64,000 bases of DNA from Mobula birostris (Eukaryota), in NCBI RefSeq assembly GCF_030028105.1, contig NC_092381.1:73186505-73250504 (forward strand), read 5' to 3'. Shown here in pieces: positions 42,101-55,600 of the stretch. Below the pieces are notes generated by a model. The model searched no databases, had not been told where the DNA came from, and saw only the letters and a list, made by a program, of their open reading frames with translations. The position numbers and the translations under genes were made by a program. The stretch's first letter is position 1; each line of letters begins with the position of its first letter.

Positions 42101-45100
42101 CTTTTACTGGACACAAAGGAGATGCATCATGCAGTGGATTTATAAGTAACGCATTTCCCTATTCGCTGTGCAGGTATTAATAAAGGATCACCTGTTTCAG
42201 ACACCTGCCTCTAACATCCACTCTTTAAGATCGAACAGTCTTGTTCAATCCTTGCTGGAACAGAGAATTGCTGGAATATTGTGACCTTTAAACCTCGCTA
42301 CGGAGAAACTTCAGGTGATTTGCCTCCTGCAATGCGGACGAAATGCTTTTGAAGCTACAAACAATGTATTCCCTTGACTTTGCCAGGTCAAAGACACCAG
42401 CAACAAAAAGGATAAGAAGGAAAATTATAACTTTATCCAAAAGCCATTTATCAAGAGAGTGACTAACATGAAAAAAGCAATGACTTGTGCATATTCTCTG
42501 TAGAATACAAGGGTTCACATGCTAATATATTACATGAAATTGAAAGATACCTGAATGTACATTAACCACTGTACTCTGGGGCCTCCTGCAGATGTCATCT
42601 GTTGCTAGGACAGAGATTGTATAATATTCGCCACACTGCAGGTCCTGGATTTGAGCCCTTATATCACTTGTGTTGAATAAAGCTGTAACTCTTTGACTGT
42701 CTTGAACAGTCACAGTGTATAACTTTGCTCCAGCAGTCTCATCCCACCAGAAGGATATTGTGTTCAAATCACAATTAAGCTCAGCCGTTAGATTCTCAGG
42801 AATGCAGGGTGCTATTTAGAAAATAGAGAGGAATATTTATTATTATGCAATTGTGTAAACAAACAAGGTAAAATTATTTCTTCAGTAGATGTAACTAAAT
42901 GATTAATTACTTTACCAGTTTGTATTTGGACGGAAGTACTCGAAATGCCATGCCGGCTGTAACTCAGTGTCGTTACGGTTATGTTATAGGACTGTCCGCA
43001 GTGTAAATCCAGCATTTCATGGCGTGTCTCTGTGGTGTTGTGTGAGTGTATATGACCATCACTTCCCTCAGCAGTTACATCGAATGAGATTGCTGCATTA
43101 GTCCTTCCCCAGGACACAACCACTTTACTGGAGTTACAATCCACTTCCGCAACAATTTCATTTGGGGCACATGATGCTGTAGAAAGGGAAATATAAACAG
43201 TAAAAATGACTGGAGAAAAATATGTAAAATCATTCCTTTCTACCATCAATCCTGTTACTTAAGATGACATACAAAACTTCAAAACATGTCAGGTCGCTGT
43301 TTATCGATTACATGTTGATAGATTTCAACACTACCATTCCCTTAGTCCTAAACACCAAGCTTCAAAATCTGGACCTCTACCTCTGCATCTCCCTTTGCAC
43401 TTGGCTCCTCGAATTCCTTATCAGGAAACCACAGGCATTGCTGATCAGTAGTATTATCTCCTCAATGACAATCAACACAGCAACACCTCAGCAATGAATG
43501 CTTAGCCCACTGCTCTATTCTTTCTACATTCATAACTGTGTGGCTAAGCACAACTCAAATGCCATTTATAAATTTGCTAACATCACCACTGTCCCTCAGG
43601 TGTTAACAAGGAGGCAAATAGGAATTAGATAGATCAACTGGTTGTATGGTGTCATAACTACAACCTCATGCTCAACGTCAGAAAGACCAAACAATTGATT
43701 GTGTTCCTCAGGATGGGGAGCTTGGGAGAACAGATACTGGTCCTCTTTGAAGGATTAGCTGTGAAGAGGGTGAGTAGCTTCACGTCCCTGAACACTGACA
43801 TCTCAGAGGATGCAACCTGGGCCCAACACCATCGATGCAATCACAAAGAAAGCATGACCGTGGTCGTTTTAAAAACGCAAACACGAGGAAATCTGCAGAT
43901 GCTGGAATTTCAAGCAACACACATCAAAGTTGCTGGTGAACGCAGCAGGCCAGGCAGCATCTCGAGGAGGAAGTACAGTCGACGTTTCGGGCCGAGACCC
44001 TTTGTCAGGACTAACTGAAGGAAGAGCTAGTAAGAGATTTGAAAGTGGGAGGGGGAGGGGGAGATCCAAAATGATAGGAGAAGACAGGAGGGGGAGGGAT
44101 GGAGCCAAGAGCTGGACAGGTGATTGGCAAAAGGGATATGACAGGATCATGGGACAGGAGGCCCGGGAAGAAAGAAAAGGGGGAGGGGGGAATACCCAGA
44201 GGATGGGCAAGGGGTATAGTCAGAGGGACAGAGGGAGAAAAAGCAAAGAGAGAAAAAGAATGTGTGTATATAAATAAATAACGGATGGGGTACAAGGGGG
44301 AGGTAGGGCATTAGCAGAAGTTTGAGAAGTCGATGTTCATGCCATCAGATTGGAGGCTACCCAGCTAGAAAATAAGGTGTTGTTCCTCCAACCTGAGTGT
44401 GGCTTCATCTTTACAGTAGAGGAGGCCGTGGTCTGCTGAGTTAGACATTTGAAGAGATTCAATCTGTTGCCAAAGACTTTTGTAAATGCCCGTAGATGTA
44501 TAGTGGACAGCATTCCGACTAGTTGCTTCACAATATGGACATTACAATGCACAGGATCACAACAGGCTGCAGAGAGCTGTAGGCTCGGCTCGCTCCATCC
44601 CAGGCTCAAGACTCCCCACTACTGAGGTGGTGCCTCAGGAAGGTAGCATTCATCACCAGGGACCCTCTTCACTTGGGACGTGCCCTCTTCTCCTTACCAC
44701 CATCAGGGAGGCGGTGTAGCCTGAACAGCCACACTCAGACTCAGAGCCAGCTTCTTGCCATCACCGTCGGATCTCTGAACGGCCCATGAACCCATCAACA
44801 CCACTCTGTAATCCTTTATTGTTGCACTATTTAGCTTTGTAATTCACAGTAATTTGTCTGTCTTTGCAGTGCACTGCTTTTGCAAAACAACACATTTCAC
44901 ATCATATATATTTGTGATCATAAATCTGATTCTGATTTTGATCCACTCCAGCTCTACAGCATTAGGGCCACCAACTGCCGGTTTAAGTGCTCAATCTCTG
45001 TTTTCCCTGAATGCGGGATATTTGAATCAATGATGCTGGATGAAATGAAATATCTTTATCGTCATTGCATAGTACAATTTGTCATGCACCAATACAGCGA

Positions 45101-48100
45101 AAATGAGTTTGCAACTCTCATACTCAATGCTATAAAACAACAAATAAAATAAATAACCAATAAATAAAATCAAGTAACCAGCCAGTACAAGCAATGTCCA
45201 GCAGTAATAAAGCACAGCTCAGATGCATGACAGCCATAAAACCAGTATTGAAGTAGCAATATAACAAATTTATGGATGATGCTTGATTGATTGGTTCAGA
45301 GCAATTATAGCTCTGGGGGATAAAGCTATTTTTCAGTCTGGAAGTGCGGGCATAGAAAAATCTTATAACGTCTGCCAGATGGAAGAAGTTCAAATAGATG
45401 ATTGCATGGGTGTGTATTGTCCTTACAGATGCTTGTAGCTTTCTTTAAGCAGCGAGAGCTGTAGGTGTCCTCCAGGGCTGGGAGGTGTATCCCAATGATC
45501 TTCTGTGCGCTAGAGACGACCCGCTGAAGTGCTTTCCTATCAGCTGCTGTACAGTGATGCAGTATGTTAAGATGCTCTCTATGGTGCAGCGGTAAAAGGT
45601 CACCAGCATCTGTTCAGGTGGACCAGCTTACAGATACTATAAAAGATACTATATGCATATAGTATCTTTAACTTTAGGTCATGGTAAGATTTCAGTGTCT
45701 GTAGTGAAGTTCCTATGTTCCAGCTGGTTTATGAAATCAGTGAACCATAGAACTGCAATCCTTCCACTACAAATAGGGCCACTTTGGAACCCTGGTGAAG
45801 ATGGTGCTTTGGAGAAGAGGTGGGCAAATGTTTACTTATGTTGGCAGAACAGACATTCTGTATACCAGATTAGTTTTGGCTCCAATCTTTACAGAGCACT
45901 TCAAGATAATTGGATGAGTTCCAGGATACTGCTGGAAGATCGAGTGTTTTGTAAATCCTTTTAATTTCACTGTTAGTTGACCCAAGTAAAACAGAACCTA
46001 AGTGTTTCATTATTTGCATGCTTTTCACAAGTCCTGAGGATATTATTGCTTCCTTAAGTTTGTAATAGTAGGGGATAAGCTCCCACTGTCTATTAAATGC
46101 TCCAAAAGGCATGCATTACAAATAGCCTCTGTAAACCAAGACCAGCTCCTGGCCTTCACGCAGGGCTACTAAGCCTGGTGAAACCATTTCTACTGACAGG
46201 AGAAGGGGCAAAGGTGGGCTACTGGCACCTTAAAACTAGTCATTTGGGTAAATGGGGCTCGTCAGCTGTGGTTGGCAGCTAATTTAGGAGAAGAAAATCT
46301 CTGATCTCAAACCTCTGCTGCTATGCAGCTATACCCACTCATTGGGAAGTCTTTGGGAGTAATCCCTGAGGAAAATTCTGGAGCTGGAGTCCCGAAGGCA
46401 GTCTTACGAACTCAGTGCTGACTGGCAACTCCCGTGATGTCACTGGTCTCTGTTATTGCTTTGGATTCATCAGTTGTGTCGAGAGGGGGAGCCTCCTACG
46501 TGGTAGGCTTGTGTACTGGCTTGTGACACCTGAGATGCAACATCCATGGTTGACCCCAACCAATGGAGGGCCTCAAAGAAGATATTATCATTCGGACCTA
46601 TGCCTGCTGTAACAGACACAAAGAGGAGGCCCCTGGATTTTACCAACCAGCCACCTGGTAGTCCTCCTGAGCCATTTGATCCAGTTTTCTGCTTTATCCC
46701 CATGATTCCAGCCACAAAGAGAAAGTCCATGGGAAGCTATCAGGCCTGGAGGAATATAGATTTCTGAGGCCCTTTCCTTTCTAGAAAGGTTTGGGAAATA
46801 GCCAGAATGGCAGAAAGACTGAGGTTAGGTTTTCAGGTCCTCAGGTCAGAGATGTAGTCCTGCTCTGACAATCCTGTTGGGATCCAATTTAATTGGACAA
46901 TAGGCCAGAATGAGCTTGGTGCTCACTTTACCCAGTTCACTCCAGTAATGGCAGTCACAATTATTTGCAAATTATCAAATCCCAATTAATACGTTGACTT
47001 GGTTTCACAGCAAAAATTTAAGTGAATAACCAAAGGTCAGCCACCTTGGCAATATGAATATTCAGCTGTTTTCCACTCTCTTCAGGTTACTAGCTGCCTG
47101 CTTTCACATAATTGCAAATGATAATTTAATAAGAATGTGAGATCCTTGTTCACGAGCTGCACTTCCAGTGAGGCCAATCAGATCTTGTCTATTCTGGTCA
47201 GTAGTTCTTGGAGCCTTTCTTGGAGAAGCTGTCCTGACTACAATTCACCTTTAACCATGAGCACTGTATTAAACTTGCCGGTTTATGCCACTCTCAAGAG
47301 TTATTGTGAGTAAAAGGAGTGCACATCAAACTTATCTCTCGATCTTGAAGCTATTCCTGAGTAGATGAGAAGTTTTATATAAAGGGGGATATTTTATTTT
47401 TATATCACCTGTTTGAATTTCAAAACTAGAGCTCCGGAGGCTGCTGCAGGTTTCACCAAGTACAAGGACTGAGATGTTGTATGTTTGGCTGCAGTGAAGA
47501 TCTGGGATGAGGCAGTTTGCTTCGGATGTGGTACAAGTGGCTGTGTGTCCATCGCTCCCCTCTGCCGTAGTGGTGTACCACACTGTGAGGTTACTCAGCT
47601 CCCACGTTACAAAGGCAGTGACACCAACACCATCAGCGTGTACGTTCTGAGGGGGACAAGGGGCTTCAGGACAGGAGGAGAGAGAAATAACATTATGAAT
47701 TAGTGACATCAGTGTGGTGTTTCAATGGTAAAAATACAACATTGGGAGAGGAATGAACCAGTCAGCCTTTTGAGTCTATTCTGCTTATTAGTTGAATCTT
47801 GTCAATCATTGAATGATTTAGAAAAGCAAAAACTGCAGTTGCTAGGAAACCGATATAAAGTGCTGGAAATAGACAACATCGGTGTAGTTAGAAACAGAGG
47901 TGATTAGTGAACTCACAAAGTCATTAGCCAAGGAGAGGCCTGAATGGCATTGCTGCTACTAGATTCCTATTAAGAGTCACTCAAGTCATTGAAGACTGTA
48001 ATTTATGTTTGGGCCATTCAGAAAATCATTGGCTCAATCAGGAAATATACATGTCAAAATACTTTGGCCTTCATACTGCTTGTCAATATTCTAAATCAAT

Positions 48101-51100
48101 TAATTGTCCTATTGGATCTGTGATTTGGACAATCATTAGTGGACAGGAAGTTGTCTTTCATGTACTTCCAACTAATACGCATGAAAGAAATTTGGTAACA
48201 CACATCAAAGTTGCTGGTGAACGCAGCAGGCCAGGCAGCATCTCTAGGAAGAGACCCTTCGTCACGCCCGAAACGTCGACTGTACCTCTTCCTAGAGATG
48301 CTGCCTAGCCTGACGCGTTCACCAGCAACTTTTATGTGTGTTGCTTGAAATTCCAGCATCTGCAGATTTCCTCGTGTCTGCGTTTTTAAGAAAGAAATTT
48401 GGTGTTCATTTTGTAATTATTTAATTTATTTCTCTCAGTGATAAAGCAGATAAATTGATTATTGCCACACTACTGTGGTGGCATCTTACTGTATACAAAT
48501 TGACAGTCAAGAATCCCACATTGCACTCCACGAGAATATGTTGGTCTATTTTGAAATGGCACAATATAATTGCAAATTGTTTGAAAATTGGACCTTAATA
48601 TCTTTCTCAAGCCTTTTCATATTTTTCATTTCACTTTAAGTCTTTATTATTCAGTTCCTTCGGTTCTCACAACAGACGATGATTTGGATTCCCATCTTGT
48701 GGAACTGATTGTCTAGCTGTTATACATCTTTACATAATGTCACACTGGCAGAAGGATTTGTAGGGTGATGGAAGTCAGCTCTTTTACAAAAGCTCCCTAT
48801 TTCACTAGCCCTTTAACAACATTGTGCAAAAGAATTTAAGCAATGTCCTACTTTTCAAATGTGAACAGAATGAAAAATGAAATGGGAATTTTGAAAAATT
48901 ATATTTGCATTTTACAGTTGGTGTATATATCTTGTCCAGCTAGTTATTGTTGCAGCTGGGTGTGGGTTGCTTCATTTGTGAGTGATGCAAATGCAATTGA
49001 GCATTGTGCAGTCGATCAGTCACCATCCCGCATTATGATGGGATAAAGTCATTGATAAAGCTTCTAATGCTGTGCCTATCAACACACATGAAATGTTGGA
49101 GGAACACAGCAGGTCAAGCAATATCTTTGGAAAGGATATCAAAAAATATCAATTGTTTACAAACAAGAGAAAACCTGCAGATGCTGGAAATCTGAGTAAC
49201 ACACACAAAATGCTGGAGGAACTCAGCAGGCCAGGCAACATCTATGGAAAAAAGTACAGTCAACGTTTTGGGCCGAGACCCTTCGGCAGGACCGGAGAAA
49301 AAAAGCCGAGGAGTGGATTTAAAAGTTGATGGGAAGGGAGAGAGAAACACAAGGTGATCGGTGAAACCTGAAGGGGGAGGATGAAGTAGAGAGGTGGGAA
49401 GCTGATTGGTGAAAGATGCAGGTGATGGGCAGACAGGGAGATAGGTGAGAGAGGGAAAAGGGGATGGGAGATGTTGAATGAGAGGGGGGAGGGCTGTGGG
49501 ACATTATCGGAAGTTTGAGAAATCAATTTTCATGCCTAATTGACTCCCTCTCGTGCTTCTCCCTCCTTTTCTTTCTTCCATGGCCTTCTGTCTCTTTCAC
49601 CTATCAACTTCCCAGCTCTCTATTCACTCCTCCCCCTTCAAGTTTCACTTCTCACCTTGTGTTTCTCTCTCCCCTCCCTCCACCTTTTAAATCTACTCCT
49701 CGGCTTTTTTTCTCCAGTCCTGCAGAAGGGTCTCGGCCCGAAACGTCGACTGTACTTTTTTCCATAGGTGTCAATTATTTATTCCGTTCCATAGTTGCTA
49801 CTTGACCTGCTGAGTTCTGCCAGAATGTTGAGTGTATTGTTCTGGATTCCCAGTATCAACAGAAAATCTAGCATTTACAACGTTGTGCCTAGGGCACTTC
49901 TCTTTTTTTTGGCGTGTGCCTGCGTGCGTGTGAGTTTGCGCGTGTGCGTGCGTGCACGTCTGTGCATGGGCGTCTGCGTGTCCATGCCTCCATGATGATG
50001 TCTTTTTCATGGCTTTTTACAAGGTGCGGAGCGAGAGAGAGACAGTGTGGCGTGCCACTCCTCACACAGACATTTTCGCAGTATTTTCCCTTTATTTTAT
50101 GAGGTCGAGTTGCAATCTCGACACTCAACCCAGCACGGATGGAAAGCGTACTCGGGGGTGGACCTGACTAGTTTCGAACCCGTGAACCTCTGCTCCCGGC
50201 ACCGGCGCCGATGTCATTGTGCCACCAGCCAGCCCCTAGGGCACTGTTCTGAGGAACTGCTTCTGTGGTGTCCAGTGGCTGAGATACCTGAGCTCTAGAA
50301 GTTTCTGGAATCACAACCTCAGGAAGATTTTTAAAGATAAAAGATTTAAGGATAAGATTGCAATGTAACAAACTCTACAAACAGACGTATAAAGTTAACT
50401 TCTAGCTTCTGACTAAATTTGGAGCTATTATAAATTGCAACTCATATTTGATCTGAGGAGTTATAAGGCAATTCCATGTTTATATTGATTGCCGCATGCT
50501 TTTGTTTTGTTGCAAGAATAACCCTGCGATATCCCAACCTCAGTGCTACTCTAAATCTCAGAAAAGTATTTCCAACTGCAGCTTTTCTCTCAAAAATCTT
50601 CAGATATCTCACCTGTTTTGGTTTCAACAATGGTACTTATACTCTGACAGTAACCACGTACTGCCGTTACGGTTATGAAATATGTCTGACTGCAGTGAAG
50701 GTCCACAAAGTCACAGGTCGTCTCTGTTGTGTTACACAGTGAAACGTGTCCATCTTGTCCTTCTGCTGTTGTAATGTACCACATGGCACCCTCAGCCTTC
50801 GCCCAGGTCACTGACGTACTCCTGGTGTCACAGTCCAGGTTAGTAGAAATGTATTTGACTACACAAGGGGCTGCAAATCACAGAAACACAAACTGATTGA
50901 GACAGATGAAGGAATAGATGCAGTGCAAATACACACAATCAGAAGTTATGATAAATACTGTGGGGCTCTTGAAAAATGCTGTTGGAACTACTGTAACAGA
51001 ACAGTCAAACAGTCAAAAACAAAACCTGAACTGTTTTAAAAGAAGGAAACTGTCTAAATAAAAATAAATAGTTTTCTAACATGGAAAATTAACCCCAGTA

Positions 51101-52635
51101 TTATTAAAGATTAATTAAAAATCTCTGCAAAAACACATTGAATTAAAATTACAGTGGAATTTATCACGTAATGTTAGCCTTCACTGTTGTGAGTTGTACT
51201 GTGGGGTGATGTTTGGAGTTCTTATAGTTGTTACCGCTGGACAATTTCTGTTCTCTATGGCAGGACAACAATCAAAGGGTGCAGATGTTTAAGAATATTC
51301 ATTGTCCTAAACTTTAACAGTACCAATAGAATTACGTTAATCAATCAATGACTGCGTTGGTTGAATACTTGTCACATAAAAGTTGAACTTCAAGATATTT
51401 GGTGTATTAACCATGAGTGAGAGCAAGGTTTTCCTTTTTGAGCTCCAACTGAGCAGAGTCTGCAATTTTTTTGAAAATCAGATTTTATCAATAATTTTAA
51501 AAATTACTTACAAGGATAAACTTTTCAATGCTTTTTCATTCCTAAATTCATAGTCAATACTTTCAGTACTGTTCTGTTACATTTCATAAATCCAACAGAA
51601 CTGTTGCCACTCACGTGGCCCCCTGGGGTGATACATTACGACAATAACTGAGGGTCTTCCTCACCCAACCCGGCCCCTCCATCTCCAGTGATGGAAGAAC
51701 CCTATAACGTGATCTTTTCCCACTGAGCCCTTGTGGTGTCTGCACCAAACTTCAGTGTGTCCCTCAGCACATATTCCTGTAACCTATGATGAGCTGGTCG
51801 GCAGCGTTCCTCTACCGACAGACCAGCACGTTTTGGACAGGTTGTAAAGACTGCCCAGTTCACAGTTAGGCTTGGTCCAGTGGGGAGAAGGAAACACGAG
51901 CTCGGAGATCCCAACCATACCGGGAGGTCAGCTGCTTGAGTCGGGGTGAGTGAATCAACAGTGAAATCGTGAAGAGGGTGGACAGTCAACAAGTGGAGAG
52001 GAAGTTGATGAATGTTTCTAGGAGAGAGCTAGGAAGCCTAATGGGCATTTAGGGGGTAGGGTCACAAAAGATCAGATCAGTATGTGGAGGGGGGAGGCAA
52101 ATTCAGTAGAGTGGGTAGGAGTGAGCGGATTCAGGAAACCAGGTACCTAAAAAGGTTGTGTCCCACTGCCAGTTTAGGAAGCCCTACATAAAATTGCCAT
52201 GCTTACTTGCTTGTCCAATTGAAACTTGGTTAGGCTGAGACAGCTAAAAAAACACGTGCTTTTCAACCACAAGAACTAATTTTTCCCAGCAGTGTTCTTA
52301 TCAAGTGTTGCACAAAGAATGATGCTATTACATTTATCAAATATGACAAGTTCAATCTGTGACTGAAAGTTCCTGTTCAAATTCCCAGAGTGGTGTGACT
52401 GGACCATCACAACAGGATTGCACTCACAGATTCATACACATTGAAAAAAGAACACTGCGCAGCTGAGAGAAAAAAATCTAATTTCTTGGTGTAAAAGAAT
52501 TTGGCAGTGAAAATTCCAGCCATTCAGAACATAGACTGATTGATATTTTGTTTCCTGAGTTACCCAACTTGAAGAGCAAGTGAAGCACTTGAGGGTATTT
52601 TTAATATATTTACAGTACTGTACAAAAGTCTTTGG

Positions 52636-52698
<63 letters not shown>

Positions 52699-55600
52699 CT
52701 AAGGAGCCTAAGACTTTTGCGTAGTACTGTAGTAATTTTATGTATTGCTCTGCACTACTGCCACAAAAAAAACTAATTTCATGACGCGTGTGTGATGGTC
52801 AACCTGATTCTGATCTGGGTCTTTATTATGGACTGACAGTGGGAGGGGGGCAGGGAAAAGGGAGTCATGACTGGGAAAAGGGGAAGGGAGAGGGGAGGAA
52901 GCAAGAAGCATCAGAGGGACATTCTGTCATGATCAATAAACCAATGTTTTTGGAATCAAATGACCTAGCCTGGTGTCTCAGGGCTGGGTGTGTCTGCACC
53001 CGTACCACACCCCACCCCTGGCACCCTTTCTCTGCCACCTGTCCCACACCAGTCCTGCGGTGCTCCACCCTTGCCATTCCCAATGACCTTTGCTCCCGCC
53101 AGATTTACAAACTTGCTTTCCACTCCACGTTGACAAATGCAGTATTGTGCAAAAGCCTTCAGCACCCTGGCTATAAGTATGTGCCTAAGACGTTTGCGCA
53201 GTACTGTAGGTTGGAAGAATAAACTTGAACAGGCAAAGCCACAATGGGGGAGGGGTTTGATCAACTCAGCAATAGTTCTCCATTTCAAACATGGTAATAC
53301 ATTCTAACTTCCTATTTTGAACACCTATAGACATATACTTCATTTGAAATACTAAAGGGAGTGCGTTTGTAGAACCACCAAGAATTAATCTGCATAGCAG
53401 CTGAGTCTAGTGCTGACCTTTACAATGCTATATGGGGACAATGCCTGTGCAGAAATTTAGCATAAGTCAGCCACACACTGTTGCCAAATATTGCATTATA
53501 CAATTTAGAAAAGGCACTAAAAAAGAGGAAAAGAATGTGGAAAAGCATGTTCCTGAGGGAATAGATGGTTAAAATGAAAGGGTTTGGAGACTTCAAAGGG
53601 CAGAATGTTTGTCTGAACAGCCCAGAAGATGGGTGTGCACTGGCCAAAGTGTAAAGCCCCAGGAAATGAAATCAAGTGTCTGGAAATGCATGGCACAGTC
53701 CTGATGAGAGTGAAGGAACGTTTTAGAATATAGAACATAGAACTTAAAAGCACAGTGTTGTGCTGACATTGTAACCTACTTTAAGATCAATCTAACCCTA
53801 TCTTTTTACACAGCCGTCCATTTTTCTATCATTCATGTGCCCATCTAAGAGTTTCTTAATGCCCCTGATGTATCTGCCTCAATACCCTCCCCTGCCAGGG
53901 CAGTTTTAAGCACTCTTTGCGTAAATTTACCTCTGACATTCCCCCTGTACTTTTTAGATCAGCACACAGAAAGACGATAGAAATCTGATAAAGCTGTAGC
54001 TAAATGCAGTAGAGGTTAGAAATCAGGAAGCAGATCTTAACAGAAATCTGGTCTTGAAGTAAGAAGACCACAAAACTACAACACATTACCAAATTATCTG
54101 TACATCTTAACAAGAGCACTACATGGATTTAATCTTAAAAAAGCAGAGTCCTACAATTTTCATGCAGTATGAAATCTTCAATTACATTAGATAGATAGAT
54201 AGATATACTTTATTAATCTCGAGGGAAATTTGGTTTCGTTACAGCCGCACCAACCAAGAATAGAGCGTAAGTATAGCAATACAAAAACCACAAACAATCA
54301 AACAACAAAATGCAAACTATGCCAGATGGAAAATAAGTTCAGGACCAGTCTATTGGCTCAGGGTGTCTGACCCTCCACGGGAGGAGCTGCTCGTTCGATG
54401 GACACAGGCATTAACCCTGTGGATTGGTTGGGGTAGGTTTTAAATCACCATATTCCAGAGAAGATACCTACCAGTTTCAAATTCTAACTGAGAGCTTTGT
54501 GAGGTGTCGCACACACCATCCAGTGCTGTCACAGTTAAATTATACACCTGTCCACAGTGTAGGTTGGTTATCTGACATTCGGTATTGGCCGTCTCGCAGG
54601 AAACTGGGTGCCCATCACTTCCTTCTGCTGTTGCCGAGTAAGAGACTGCACCTTTAGTGTGGCTCCACAATACTGAAGCATCGTTTGTGTCACAGTCTAC
54701 ATGGACATCGAGGTTCTGTGGGATGCACGAAACTAGAAAAGGCAAACAGAAGAGATGAAGAGCAGTTGTTGAGCAGCTGGTAAATTTATGAGTTGTTTAT
54801 TTAAGTACTACCTTTCAATTAGTACCACTAACACGAGAAAATCTGCAGATACTGGAAATCCAAACAACACACACAAAATGCTGGAGGAACTCAGCAGGCC
54901 AGGCAGCATCAATGGAAAAGGGTAAACAGTCAATGTTTCGGGCCGAGACCCTGCAACAGGACTGGGAAAAAAGGATGAGATTAAGAAGGTGGGGGAAGGG
55001 GAGGAAGAAGTACAAGGTGGCAGGTGATAGGTGAAACTGGGAAGGGGGAAGGGGTGAAGTAAAGAGCTGGGAAGTTGATTAGTGAAAGAGATAAAGGGCA
55101 GGAGAAGGGGGAATCTGATAGGAAAGGGTAGAAGGTCATGGAAGAAAGGGAAGGGGGAGGAGCACCAGAGGGAGGTGATGGGCGTAATTAGTACCTCTAT
55201 TTAATTAATACAATTTTTGGTGGGACTGCATCCAGCGTATCATGTATAAATATTGCTCTTTACCAAAGAAAGTACAATTGTCATTGAAGGACTGTAGTAA
55301 AGGTTCAATAGATTGACTCCTTGGATTGATTAATGACGAGAGAGTTGAGTTGACTTGGCCTATGTTCTCAGGAGTTTAAAGGAATGAAAAGAGATCACAC
55401 TGAAATTTACAAAATTTCACTAAGCTGGATGCAGAGAAGATGTTTACTCTGGCTAAGGAAACTAGAATCTGAGTTTACAATGTCAGAACAAAGGACTGTC
55501 ATGAGTGCAGAGCATGGGTGGACCCAAATGCAGGACACAAACACATTTAGTAGTGTTAACAAAAATAGAGTTTATTAATAGTTACTAGGAAAGCAGGGAA

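Larger units (their letters stand above)
43270..44940 (+). mobile_element. Decayed Rex1/Babar-like LINE RT fragment split by a Penelope insertion
   Basis: VRSLFIDY..FNTTIP..L.TKLQNL, LNVRKTKQLIV remnants. Confidence 0.7.

Noticed and set aside
52432-52692. ORF starting MCVCVCV
   Set aside because: Translation of the (CA)n microsatellite.
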